From: Antedon mediterranea
Lineage: Eukaryota > Animalia > Echinodermata
NCBI RefSeq assembly: GCF_964355755.1
Contig: NC_092675.1
Location: 14,604,912 to 14,668,911 of the forward strand
Direction: 5' to 3'
Length of the DNA: 64,000 nt
Shown: positions 12,550 through 25,272 of the stretch, piece after piece
Position numbering within the stretch: the first letter of the stretch is position 1
Layout of the letters: the number at the start of each line of letters is the position of its first letter
Made by a program: the position numbers and the translations under genes
Notes under the pieces: generated by a model
Told to the model about the DNA's origin: nothing
The model's input: only the letters and a program-made list of their open reading frames with translations
Database searches by the model: none

Positions 12550-13724
12550 TTAGTACGTAAAGGTGCATGTTTGTCAATTAATGATCGCAATGAAATATCA
12601 TATGTGGACAACAGTTCATCGACAGGATTTAATAACGATGTCGAAGAGACGAATGACTGGATATCTTTCCGAAACGTATCAACATCGATGGCTCGTAACT
12701 TGCGGAAGGTAACCTTCTTATAGATCGGACTAGGTTTCGCTATAGCTGTTCTAAAATGAACGGCAAGGTGATCACAAGTCATTTTCCCACTTTCATCAGA
12801 AAGGCCTGGATCGGTTACTGAGATATTAGATACCATACAGCTTGTATCCCTAACAATAACTACATCCAATGTGTGACCATGGTTGTGTGTCGGGTCCTTC
12901 ACAAGTTGTTTTAGACCATGCGACTCAAGAATATCAACAAAACGCTGAGAGTTACGATCTTCCGCGACATCTAAATGGAAATTAAGATCTCCTAGAATTA
13001 GAATGTCTTTTGGAATTGTTACATACGAGGAGAGAAACGTAGACCATTCATCGAAAAAATCACTGATCTTTAGGCCGTTTACAGTAGATGGTGGCGGACG
13101 ATAAACAGTGGCAACGCGCAATATCACACCATCTATATCAACATCACAGTCCATGTATTCAAATTGAGTAAATCCTCTATCTTTGCTGGAACGTACAATT
13201 TTGGTTTTTATTGATGTTTTGGTCAATAAAGCTACTCCACCGCCATGTCGACAGGGACGTGGTATATGCTTAAAATCGTAACCTGATGGAACTAATTCTT
13301 CTATAGAGGCTTTATCAATAGACGTTCCCAGCCAAGTTTCAGTTATAGATAAAATGTCGAGATCATTAGTTGATATAAAATCATTGATAGATAGAGTTTT
13401 ATTCTTGACTGACCGTGCGTTGAAACAACATACATTAAGCTGTTGTTTAATTGGAATGTTCTTATTTACTTGACATTTCACAATGACACGGTTACGTTCA
13501 TTCATATACGTCGGATAGTGTTCGTTAAAATGTGCTTTAGTTCTTTTAGTTATTCTCACGGATATCCTTCTTTTCATTTTGCAACCAGCTTTGGTCCCGC
13601 GAACTGTAGGGACTGTTCGGCATATACCAAAGGCCTTCATTGTTCTATACAGTTTACTAGGCACAGGTGTAACCGTAGCTGGCCGGCATAACTGCATGAG
13701 TGCGTGACTAGAATACCTAAGCAT
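12550..13724 (-). CDS. L2 ORF, N-terminal part (APE endonuclease)
   Basis: APE motifs; the rejoined ORF is 3189 nt = 1062 aa (..APLRTK|VIVQRP..). Confidence 0.9.
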
Positions 13725-14368
13725 AGTTAGTTAGGCTTACCGTTACTCGAATTAAGATTTTCAAAAGCAAGTAAAATCCACCTTCCTGTTACAAATTAAA
13801 TAGCGCTACAATATCTTGGTAACAACTATCATCATCTGTACAAACTATCTACTTTATTTCGTCGTCTTATGAAATTCTATTACATATTAGTCTAGAATAG
13901 CGAATGTGCAGCCCGTACATGAGCGCAGCCAGTCTGTATGTTTAAATACAAGGTGCATGTATTTATGTCATTTGTTAGAAAATATAATGGTAATCAGTTG
14001 ATAATAGTTTGTTGTTATTGAAATCCATCTCACACATTGACGATACAAGATGTCAGCCTAGGTCAAACCTTGTTTCGCGTCATAACAGGAAACGTTCTGA
14101 CTTACAGTAGCGTCGTACGCTAAAACGGTACTATCAACCGTTTTCCACTACAACGCTACAACCGTTGTACGACGCATTGTACGCTAATCCCCAACTGTTC
14201 AGACACACATTCTTTTAGCGTCGTACGCTAAAACGGTCTAACGCCATGGGTCTGAACAGGGCCTTAAACCCGGAAATTACTTTGACCGGGAAGAATTGAA
14301 ATTGAGATGAAAATCTAATGTTGAAATCATAAATTTTGTTAAAAAACTCTTTATAATATCTTCCTAAG

Positions 14369-15932
14369 CAGGGCATCACGTATGGAAAACCCAGGAGAGC
14401 AACAAATCGCTCTCCTCAAATCACCGAGGAGAGCAATTCGCTCTCCTTGCAAAAATTTTAAATCGCTCTCCTCAAATGTTTATGTAAATATGTAAAAAAA
14501 TTACAATGTTTTGAATTTGACCACAAAAGTTAAATTCTATTGGTTTTGCTACCAAAAAAAAATTATTAGCGCACACTGCCGCTATAATCTATTATATTAT
14601 AATCTATAAATCTTTTATTAATAAATACAGGGCTGAAAATTAACCTTTAAACCATAGTGGCCAGCAGGGCCAGTTGAAGTTGAAGGATGGTCGCCCTTAT
14701 TAAAAATGGCTGGCCCTTATTAATTTTGTGTACATTTTAAATTACTCTCCCCAAAATTCCTCCCTCCTCCACTCCCCTCCCACACCCACATTCACACAAT
14801 ATTTTCCGTGGGGATCGTCATTGAAAAAAATCAATCCAATTTTTTGTATGGTCTAGATTGGGTTTCAGGGGCCTGCCTGGAGAATCCTGACCAACATGTC
14901 TTTAGCCTAGGCCTAGCTTTTCTAGCCTAGCTTGTTGGCCTACAACCTGTATTTCATAAATTATACAATTCTAACATGCAATAGCCATTAAAATATTGAT
15001 AATAAGTTACAAAGTATCATTTTAAAATAATTAAGAAAGATATTTAATCGTGTTTACATGTGTCACACATGCACGCACAATTTGGGGAGAGCTACCTTCC
15101 TTCTAGAAGATGATGACGTCACACATCAGCACGTGTTTTGAGGAGGATTTGAGTGACCAAAATTGGTTGGAACTTTTGAAGAAATAATCCATCAATGACT
15201 AATGACATAATTAAAGTAACTAAGTTTTTAAATAATAAACATTATATTTAGGCCTCCTATTAATGTTTCCTTTTAAAATTAAATATATTTTATAAACTCG
15301 TTCCATAAAAACATGCAGTAAGCATAAAAGAAACAATTATTGGTTGCTGTAAAGGAGGTATTTCTATGACACCGTACTGGATGCACTATGAGGCGATGAA
15401 GTAAACTCGTCCTTGAATGCAGGCAGGGGAATCCCCTTGTTTGGTACCTAACCTCGCACTGTGAGATGGAGCGTGATTAATTGCTCTCCTTGAAGGTTGT
15501 TGATCGCGCTTGCGATCCTTAAAAAAACGAGGGACTGCTTTTAGCTTTTCCATCATATCGGGAGATTACACACGTCACGTGTATACAAAAGTTGTACGTC
15601 CGGTCGGCCTCGTGTTTTATTATTAGTAGACTAGATAGCTAGCTAGCTAGACTCTGTTGTTGTTTACTTTGCTTCGTCGTCGTCGAGTATCACTCCGCCG
15701 CCTTTTCGAGCTTTTATAATTTATGATGATCGATTGTCTAGGCCTGTCATTGTAAGCGTTTTTCACATTTTTAACTTTTAAAAATCCACGTGTTTTTAGG
15801 CCTCTTGACAGAAAAATCAACACTGTCAAAAGCTAGGCTCTATTTTGAAAATTAAGGAGCGCGATAAATTGCTCTCCTCGAAGCCTGTTGAGGAGCGCGG
15901 TCGCGCAGGCGCTCCTTATAAATGATGCCCTG
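14369..15932. mobile_element. Non-autonomous hAT-like element with 6-bp TSD
   Basis: TIR CAGGGCATCA/TGATGCCCTG; CCTAAG on both flanks; subterminal gctctcct/aggagagc repeats. Confidence 0.75.
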
Positions 15933-16134
15933 CCTAAGATAGAAATATGGAACAATAGCGTCGATGTGAACATTAATGTTATCAAATCTACGTTTCGAGG
16001 TACATCTCAGATAGATCCAAGGCGGAGATTTGTACCGAAATTTTTGCATTGTGCTCGCCTATGTCAGAATTAATTTATATATAGATTATTAACAATTTCA
16101 TTAACAATTTTAATTTATGTACTAGAATACACAC

Positions 16135-16266
16135 CTGAAAATAACTTGAGCTGAATGTGTTATCAACACAAACAAGAATACCACCAATTGCATGAACTAC
16201 CTCACAAACTACTTGTATGTCCACTAGACGCAATAAAGGATTTGTAGGCGTCTCCAACCAAACCAA
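16135..16266 (-). CDS. CTH: Cystathionine gamma-lyase, coding exon 4
   Basis: AG/GT bounded; LVWLETPTNPLLRLVDI...VCVDNTFSSSYFQ (ETPTNP and DNTF motifs); 132 nt. Confidence 0.95.
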
Positions 16267-16889
16267 CTATGCATATAAAAAAAAAACAGAAATATGATTT
16301 GACATTCCCTGCCGATTTCACCAGCCGCAGATTTAGGCAGGGTATAAACAAATAGGCTTACCCCACTAAAATTTAACAGCAATGTGTCTTTTTAAAATAA
16401 AATAATGACAACCCGATGGATCGTTTCATCATTTATGAAATATTTAGTCCCCCTCTTATCTATAATGCTGGATCCGCCCCTATTCATATATTTGCCAATT
16501 GTAAAGTGCCGGTATTATGTTCACCTATGAAATCGTCCAGATACTGTACAAACAAATTAAATTCAGATTCGATTTATTAAGTGATAATGATAATTGTTTT
16601 CTTGGCAGAAAAACACAAGCAAAACAATACAAACATAATATTTACATTTGTGATCAACTTGGAACTAACAACTGATCAAGCAATATAAAATACAAAAGAC
16701 CTGACCTATCTTTGGAACTCCTTGTTGTGTAGTCTAATTGCGCTAGGTAAGAATGAAAATTTATGTCTATTTGTTTTAACTGAATATGAGACTCATCAGC
16801 TAAAATACCATTTAATCTAGATATAATTTCATCATTATATTTTGTGTGATCTTATCACTTGGTGGATAACCGCATGTTATTGTCAGGAC

Positions 16890-18316
16890 CTTTTTTTTTC
16901 TATCTTATTCTTATTTCTTTCCCAGAATGTTGTTGCATGTGTATCTCTAATTTTTGTGGACATAACATCGTATAACTTTGTCAGAAGATTGACCTTAGAT
17001 GTGCAGACAATTTTTTAATATGATGTTAGAGTCGCGCAGCTTAAGTTACGCATGATTTTATAAAATGGTTTCTCATAAATTCTGAGCAAAAAAATATTTT
17101 TCAACGAAACTTTATGAAATTGTATTTCATAATAGGGTCATTCCATAACAAATCACCCAAAAAAAATGACATTTTAAACCCTACTTTCTTCAAATTTGCT
17201 CAAATTTGGTTTTTGGGTTATTTTTAGCTAAAAAACCTGAAATTTTTAATTTGAGCACCATACGACCAACGGTTCGCGCGCTACGCGCCATCGTTTCTTC
17301 GCGATTTTTCGCGGGCTATACTTAAATGACTGTATCTCCGTAACGTGTGGACCGATTTTGTGGTGACAGGTATCTTTGGAAAGCTAATTGTTAAAGGTAT
17401 CCAAATCTTCTATTTACTTTTGAGATTACTATTTAAAAGATGAACTTATTCTATTCCATTTGACCTAGGATTTGACCTTGTGGGACAAATTTGTTTTAGA
17501 TGAAATTTTGTGAAAATTATCTCCTACATGATATAAAAAAATTGGAGATATATTATTTTTTGTTTGCTTTCTAGCTCATTTCAAAATTGGCTTACTTCAA
17601 CAATTCTGGTATTTCTATACAGTGTAGATGTATTGTTGACATTATATCACTACAAAATTTACCTCTTAATACTATGGGTGTCACTGTCAGATTATTTAAG
17701 ACTATAACAATGCTTTAATTATATTTTCATGCTTTTTTTTTTCGTCTATACAGTATATTTCAATCTGTTATAGCTTCTCAGAATGAAAAGTGACCCACAT
17801 GATTAAACTTATTAATTATGGAAGCTGTTGAATTGTAGATATGACTTCCTATAAAAATTTTGTCTATCTGATGTCATGACGTCATCATATGGCCAGTTGA
17901 ATTCAAAAAGTCATATTTTCATCTCTTTCGTAAATTTCCACCGCATTTAAAATAGCGCGCATCTTGCTTTTCGTCTCTAAAATTCTTCAAATTTTCATTA
18001 ATGTAATTATTTAGATAATTATCTTCTAAAATTGCTATCTTTATATTACATTTTGATGATGTCATCAAGTTAAAAATTGGATTAAAAAATGGGTCTTGTT
18101 TCAACTTTGCCACACTGTATGTAACATATACAGAGTATCATAAATACTGTTATGCTTTATGACACAAAATATGTACAATTCAACACTGTAAACATATTTA
18201 ATTCATGTTATAGGATGGCATAATAATTGTTGGCGATAATACAGTATAATGTATGTGGTGCATGTTGCGTTTGCGCGAATAACCAGCTCTCGTCAAAGTG
18301 ACGAGTTCATATTAAG
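16890..18316. mobile_element. Non-autonomous interspersed repeat(s), possibly HINE/DINE-like with a nested element
   Basis: Terminal hairpin ctcgtcaaagtgacgag at 18289-18305; boundaries approximate. Confidence 0.3.
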
Positions 18317-18787
18317 TTACAATTTGTTTTATGTACCTAATAATCCGATCAATTTCCTCTGAACGGTGCGAAATCAGAGAAAAACAGCTATTTCAGGAAG
18401 GTTTTCATTGTTCAATGTATCTCTCTTATTTGACCGATTGTAAATTTGGCAATGAAAAACATGATTTGCTTTAAAAATGCTAGCGTTTATTCTAGAATGG
18501 TACATCTAGACATGTTGAAAACACTCATAGTTCATGAAAATTGTACACAATACATTTAACAAAAACATTGTTGTAATGTAAACCTGACAATGTACTTACT
18601 GTATAATACACAAACGAAAAAAAAATGCACAAGGCAGAACTTTCTATATTTTCTTGTACAGTAGAATGGTTTTAGTTGGTGAATAAGAGAACCAATGAGC
18701 AGTCTATGGCAGCCTGTGTGTAGATTGGAGGGTTTGCACTCATTCAGCAACATTTTTACAATAACTACATAAATTGTTAATACTTAC

Positions 18788-18993
18788 TTTGGTGTTAGAT
18801 TTGATAGCCTTTTTAACATTATTAACATCACGGCAATCAACAAAATCTATTTCGATACCCATGTTACGAAGAACCTTCTGAAAATAACGATTTGAACCAC
18901 CATACAAATCGTCCATGCTAAGTACATGATCGCCAGATTTGAGTAAATGGCAGATTGACATCATTGCTGACAATCCAGAACTGAAAGCAAATG
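18788..18993 (-). CDS. CTH: Cystathionine gamma-lyase, coding exon 3
   Basis: AG/GT bounded; AFAFSSGLSAMMSICHLLKSGDHVLSMDDLYGGSNRYF...KSNTK; 206 nt, phase-compatible with neighbours. Confidence 0.95.
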
Positions 18994-19613
18994 CTATTTA
19001 AAAAAAAAAAACACTGATTTAAAAGCCTGATTTAACCAAAAATAACTCCGATTATAATTTAAGATTATTGTATCATTCATGCCGCCATGTTATAAGGGTT
19101 AATTCTCATTTATACAGTAATAAGTATCACAAAGAACAGACAGTAACAAGATGACCTACAATTTATCTTAATCTTCTGTTCAGAGTCCGTTTTTTCATGA
19201 TGATGATAATTGCTGATAAATAATTACTACATTTTGTTATTACTTAATTATAGGCTTAATGGAATGTAAAATTGAAAATAAATATGAAACAACTTCATTA
19301 TAAATTCAAATACTGAATGTCTGCCGAGAGAAATAGGTTAAACAAATTACTGAATTTAATAACTCCATATTCTTGTATTCTAATCAGTTAATAAAGTTCT
19401 AAAATAAATGGTCAAAAACACCAATGATTACATTGAAATGCCATTTATAGTGAGCAATTTTTAGCTGCAAAATAACTGTTTGATTGACCTATAACAAAAA
19501 GTCAGAAGAAACACCATTCAATGCCTGGCCTTTAGGTTTAGCATTGTGCCTCTAAGTCTAAGTATGGAATGCTTTAATTTAAAAATATGGCAACATATTG
19601 AGACATACTGTAC

Positions 19614-19695
19614 CATATTTGGCATTATCCAATGATGCAACACACTGCTCAAGAACATCTCTTGTAGGGTTACCCCCTCTACTGTAGTCATAACC
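19614..19695 (-). CDS. CTH: Cystathionine gamma-lyase, coding exon 2
   Basis: tttctcAG acceptor; GYDYSRGGNPTRDVLEQCVASLDNAKY (YSRxxNPT motif); GT donor; 82 nt. Confidence 0.95.
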
Positions 19696-20021
19696 CTGAG
19701 AAAGAGTTAAAATATTGCTATTAATATTATGTAACCTATACTATAGTAGGTTATTGAAAATTTAACAACAAAAGGGTTAAAACAGCATATAATATTATTC
19801 TATCCTTTCTATATTATATCTATAATAAAAGAAATACTTTGCATATTTAGAGTTTGCTTTTAGGGATTCAAATTTTTTTCGCTACGATTATAACTATAAA
19901 AATTAAATTGTACCCCTTTTTTTCACTCTTTTTATATAATTAGGCAATTCCCAGCATGCAACGTGCAAGCTTCACCCACTTTGTAAACAAATTGATCTGC
20001 ATGTAATTACTTTTATCTGCT

Positions 20022-22403
20022 CAGTGTTCTCCCCAGGCCTTTGAAGCGTCACGGTACCGTGACGCTTGGGTTCTCTACCGTGACGCTTTACGGTCGGCCG
20101 TGACGCTTAAAACCTTATCCGTGACGCTTAAAAATATCAACCGCAACAATCTAAAAATAGATTAACAGCCAGGTACGGTACTTTCTCAAGAGCTGAGGCG
20201 CGGCATGCATAAAGAGCCTAATGCATACGAGACACGTGACATGACCACTAGACGAAAAACAAAAGACTGCGTAACAAAGTGTTAAACAACTGAGACTCGC
20301 TTTCACCGGCCGCCGCCGAGAGATGTAAACACGTGTTTTGTTACTGCCATGTCTCTCTTTCGATCTCTAGTATTTGGCTGTTGTCTAAAATGTAGTAACT
20401 TGTATATTGTAAATAAAGTAAATGATTGATTGTATTGTTTTTCTTGTAAAAATGTTATGTGTATTAAAAATAAATATCGATGATATTATTATTTTCAATA
20501 TCACACTGAATTAATCGACTCTATCGGTGGGATTTACTCTTTCGTCGGTAACATACGCACATCATCAAATGATTTCTAGGCGCAATTCAATGCTAGCTGC
20601 TTTGATCGTATAATACATTCAAGAAGGCTACAATCGTTTTCCTATTTGCTAGTGCGCTAAAGTCTTATTTCACTTAACTGGTACATTTGTACATCGGTGC
20701 TAGAATGTTTTAGGCCCTACTTCGTGAGAAAGTCGAGTGACAAGGGATGTCACATGGTATTGTGATATCAGTACTGCGATACTGTATGTATGTCACATGG
20801 TGCTTTCACCAGCCGCCGCCGAGAGATGCACGTGTTTTGTTACTGCCATGTCTCTCTTTCGAATGTTTTCCTATTTTAGTGCGCTATGAAGTCTTATTTC
20901 CGGGCAACTAGAGGTGTCTTACTAATGAGTAGGCCCCCGATGTTTGTATTTGAACGCAAAAAATGTTTTTTTATCGCATATGTTTACCTGCCGGCGGAAA
21001 AAAAAAGTAGGCTACGATCGTTTTAATGTTTGCTAACGCGCTATGAGGTGTCGTTTCCGGCTAACTACAGTTGCCTACTGATGAGTAGGCATATTTTTTT
21101 TTCATATATCGCGTACAGTGTTTACCTGCGGAAAAGTAGACTCAATCGGGCTGTTTGCTAGCGCGCTATGAGGCCCAATTTTAAGGTGTGGTATTCACAA
21201 TAAGTTGCTTAACAATTTGGAGTCAAAAGGAAGTCGAAATAAAAACAGGTGCGAAACGGAACTAGCGCCCAAAAATTGACGTCTACTATCTTTAGATAGG
21301 ATTTTAATTAGCAAACAATACATTGTTTGTTTGCATTGTCCATGCTTCTAAAGGCGATGACAATGGTGTTTACTAACCCTACGAACCACCCTACGATCGA
21401 CGCGTAGATAATTATCATAACAATACATCGTTGGACTACGTTAAGAGAATAAATGACCTACGATGAATTTTACGTGCGAGAGTACCATTTCCGGCCATCT
21501 AGAGGTGTCAATTACCAAAATTCGGCTCGCCACAGGCCCAACCATGGTGGGCCTGTGCCTCGGATACTTAATCAAAATAATGGCTCTCCTCAACATATTG
21601 AGGAGAGCCATTAGGAGCTGTCCTCTTATATTTATAAATTAAGGTCTGGCTATGAAGTGTCCTTTCCGGCCAACTACAGAGTTGTCCTACTGATGAGTAG
21701 GCATTTTTTATTTCATCGGGGAATTCCCCTTGACGTTCGTAATGAACGCAAAAAATGTTTCTTATCGCGTATGTTTACCGGCGGAAAAAGCAGGCTACGA
21801 TCGTGCGGTTTGCTAGCGCGCTATGAAGTGTTTTTCCGGCCAACTACAGAGTTGTCCTACTCATGAGTAGGCCTAGTTTTATTTCATCGGAGAATTCCCC
21901 TTGACGTTCGTATTGAACGCAAAAACATTTTTTATCGCGTATGTTTACTGGCGGAAAAAGTATGCTACGATGGTTTTACTGTTTGCTAGTGCGCTATAAA
22001 GTTTCGTTTCCGGCCAACTAGAGTTGTCCTACTGATGAGTAGGCTAATAGATTAGGCCAATTTTTTTCATTGGGGCTTCCCCCTGACGTTCGTAATGAAC
22101 GCAAAAAATGTTTCTTCGTGTATGTTTACCGGCGGAAAAAGTTGGCTACGATCGTTTTGTTGTTTGCTAGCGCGCTATAAGTGTTATTTCCGGCCAAACC
22201 AGAGGTGTCATTCAACATAAATGTTATGTGCGAGAGTACCATTTCCAGCCATCTAGGGTGTAAATTACCAAAAATCGCTTCGCCACAGCCCCAACCATGG
22301 TGGGGCTGTGACTCAAGTACTTAGTGTCGGAATGACCCCCCCCCCCCCCTCGTGGGGGGGGGGGGAAACGTGACGCTTGATATGAATCCTGGCGAGAACA
22401 CTG
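20022..22403. mobile_element. Non-autonomous hAT (hAT5-like) element
   Basis: TIR CAGTGTTCTC(C/G)CCAGG; 5-bp TSD CTGCT; subterminal ccgtgacgctt repeats. Confidence 0.88.
21655..22205. repeat. ~175-180-bp tandem repeat (3 copies; degenerate copies at 20870-21175)
   Basis: Unit tttccggccaacta..gagttgtcctactgatgagtagg..gacgttcgta.tgaacgcaaaaa..gctagcgcgctat. Confidence 0.85.
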
Positions 22404-22894
22404 CTGCTCATCATTTTTTAACTATTTTTTCAACTTTTATCTACAGTCTAGTATAATCTTTATATTTTATTTCTTTATTTTTATTTATTCAATGTTTTTT
22501 TTACTTGTTTTTTACAATTATTATTAATTTGCCAAGGCAATCCCGCAACAAGAATTTTATCTTTTTGGGATTCTGACTGGTGGACGAAAATAAATGTCTT
22601 TTGAATTGAATTACGAAAAACTTGTGTCGAGAAAAATATTTATTTGGTTATCCACAACAATGTTGCAGGATAACCCTTGTGATTGTCAAAGATCATCATC
22701 TTTTCTCCCCCCTGTAATTTTTGTGTCTCGCGTACTGTACATCTCTAAAACTTGCAAACATAACATTTCATAACTTTCTCAACATATCGTCATTCATGTG
22801 TTGTTTTTGATGAAAAAGTTCCAAATTTGTCAAATTTATGTCTTTTTTAAACAGTCATAGTTTCTAAAATAAACAGTGAAATTTATTTTTATTA

Positions 22895-23312
22895 CCGTAC
22901 TGACGCGGGTATAATCCCACCCTCCTTGAACATGAAATCACGTCAAGTTTGGGGGATGGGCTTATAACTGAGGATCCAAAAATGCAGATCGTCAAAAACA
23001 GCACATGTACTGTGTATTCAATCATGGACATTCGTCCTCCTCAGAAACCACCATGCGAGCGCCCTCACGAGGTGTTGCGACATTGCCTCTATCTAATACA
23101 CGAGGTGTAGAGTATTGGAAAATTAAGCTTAGAGTTTGTGTAATTTATCGTATCTTATTTTAAACACCAATTGAACAAGAATTTATCAAGCAGAAAAGCA
23201 AGTATACAATGTTCGTTAGATAGAAATGTACCAAAGAAATTTATTATTTAATAAGCTTGTTTATGGCAGCCGATACCAAATACTGTAGGGGTTTTCCGTT
23301 TTGGCGACTTGT
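22895..23312 (+). mobile_element. Tc1/pogo-like MITE, copy 1 (left part; resumes at 30130-30180)
   Basis: TA|CCGTACTGACGCGGGTATAA; colinear with 24425-24802; continuation agcgtcgtgtgtgaa.cgatcttcgaccgcg at 30130. Confidence 0.85.
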
Positions 23313-24424
23313 GAGGAAATGAGTATTTATCGTTAAATTACATATTTGTTATGTTGTTTAACATATTTAATTGTACACCAAGCAATTATGTTGTGCTCAA
23401 GTACTGTTGTACCCTGTTTTTAGGCTATCGTTTTCTACTGACTTACCTAGCGTAGGAGACGCACCAAGAGTGATCTGTTATACCCGGTATGAGTTGCTTC
23501 GTCTTAGGCCTCATTCCCAGCCATTCGACCCGGGGCTTGCTCGATCAACAGATGGAATACCGGAAGCAAAAACCAAACGGAAACGAGGAAGACTGAAGGC
23601 CAGACTGAGACGACGTAAGTTCATAGCTCCTTTACCATCGATTTTAACTGGAAATGCTCAATCTCTTAGAAATAAATTAGATGAGCTGAAGGCATGCACT
23701 GAACACATAAATGAATACAGAGAAAGCAATATAATGTGCTTCTCTGAAACCTGGTTCAAGGATACCACAAGAATCATTCATTGATGGATACTTGTGTGAA
23801 TGCCGAGACCGGACTGCGAACTCTGGTAAAACTATTGGAGGCGGAGTATGCATCTACTGTACATCAATGAGAGATGATGTAATAACATAACTGTGAAACA
23901 CCAAGTATGTACACCAGATGTAGAGCTTATCACCGTTGCACTTCGACCCTATTACTTACCACGAGAATTCAACCAAATATTCGTTACCGTAGTCATTCAT
24001 CCAAAGACCGACGTAAAAATACTAGCATCGTCAATGATTCAGTCATGAACTAGAAACAGCATCACATGATGCGGTGAAACTTTTTCATGGCGATTTCAAT
24101 TTATGTGACCTAAAACATGCCCTGCCACATTACTATAAGTATGTAAACGTTCCAACAAGAGGAAACCGGACATTAGACAAATTTTATGGTAACATCAAAA
24201 GCGCCTATAAAGCATCAGCGAAAGCCGGTATAGGTAAATCGGACCACAGTATGATCCAACTAGTGCCTGCTTACAAAGAGAAATTGAAGCAATTTAAGCC
24301 AGTGGTAAAGAAAGTCAAGATGTGGACCGAAGAGGATTAGAAGAATTAAAATGTTGCTTTGAGTCTACAAACTGAGATGTTTTTCTATCGTCAAACTCAA
24401 TCGATGAAGCAACAAAAACTATTA

Positions 24425-25088
24425 CCGTACTGACGCGGGTATAAGCCCACCCCCCTCGAACATGAAATCACGTCAAGTTTGGGGGGTGGGCTTATACCCG
24501 AGGATCCAAAAATGCAGATCGTCAAAAACAGCACATGTACACTGTGTATTCCACCATGCGAGCGAGCGCCCTCACGTGTACGACGTTGCCTCTAAATACA
24601 CGAGGTGTAGAGTGTCGGAAAATTAGTTCGTGTAATTTATCGTAGAATATCTTATTTTAAACATCAATTTAACAAGAATTTATCAAGCAGAAAAGCAAGT
24701 ATACAATGTTCGTTAAATAGAAATGTTACGTACCAAAGAAATTTAATAAGCTTGTTTATGGCAGCCGATACCAAATAGTGGTTTTCCGTTTTGGCGACTT
24801 GTAGCGTCGTGTGTGAAGCGATCTTCGACCGCGATGGAGTGTAAACAAAACAGGACCGCTAGGCCTCATATGGCCTAGCGTATATTAGCCTAGCTTGGTT
24901 ATGATCAAAGGTAGGTATATTCGGTGTATGGACGTCGCCAAATGCAAAATAATGTATTACGACACACACTGTAGATCTTCGAATTAATGGGTGGGCTTAT
25001 ACCCGAGTGCCTCATTTTTCATGAAAATTAGTCAAAAGTCGGGGGTGGGCTTATACCCGAGTATGGGCTTATACCCGCGTCAGTACGG
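24425..25088. mobile_element. Tc1/pogo-like MITE, complete copy 2
   Basis: TIR ccgtactgacgcgggtataagccca; TA TSD on both sides. Confidence 0.9.
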
Positions 25089-25272
25089 TAGTATTAATAG
25101 TGACTACATAACATTTTCTGTGTCTAGCATAATTAAGGAAAAAGTGTACCCAAATAGTAAACCTTAGATAACGAAGGAAATTAAAGGTAGGTAACGCGGA
25201 CCGAATCTACAAGATAACGAAGTCTGCTACTAAAACAATAGGGTCCGAGGTCAAAGATAATATTAGTATATA

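Larger units (their letters stand above)
6482..13934 (-). mobile_element. L2-clade LINE, near full length, split by a Harbinger
   Basis: APE (NARS, TETWL, YRPP, GDLN, DH) and RT (GVPQGSVLGP, YADD) domains; LHWLPV C-terminus; L2-type 3' tail aagcgcctttgag...gcgctatagaaat; 5' boundary approximate. Confidence 0.9.
5812..14263. mobile_element. Non-autonomous PIF/Harbinger element
   Basis: Perfect ~34-bp TIR ggccctgttcagacccatggcgttagaccgtttt; TTA TSD at 5809-5811 and 14264-14266. Confidence 0.9.
4717..16085 (-). mobile_element. Non-autonomous Helitron-like element (expanded by nested insertions)
   Basis: Minus strand starts A|TCTATATATAAA at 16085 and ends in a GC hairpin (ctagagggggagc..gagctcaccctctag) then CTAG|T at 4717; no TSD; the joined flanks match the duplicated empty site at 4560-4600. 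Confidence 0.75.

Noticed and set aside
21685-22045. CTGATGA in the tandem repeats as a hammerhead ribozyme array
   Set aside because: It is the loop region of a CCTAC..GTAGG palindrome; there is no stem II followed by GAAA, and one copy reads CTCATGA.
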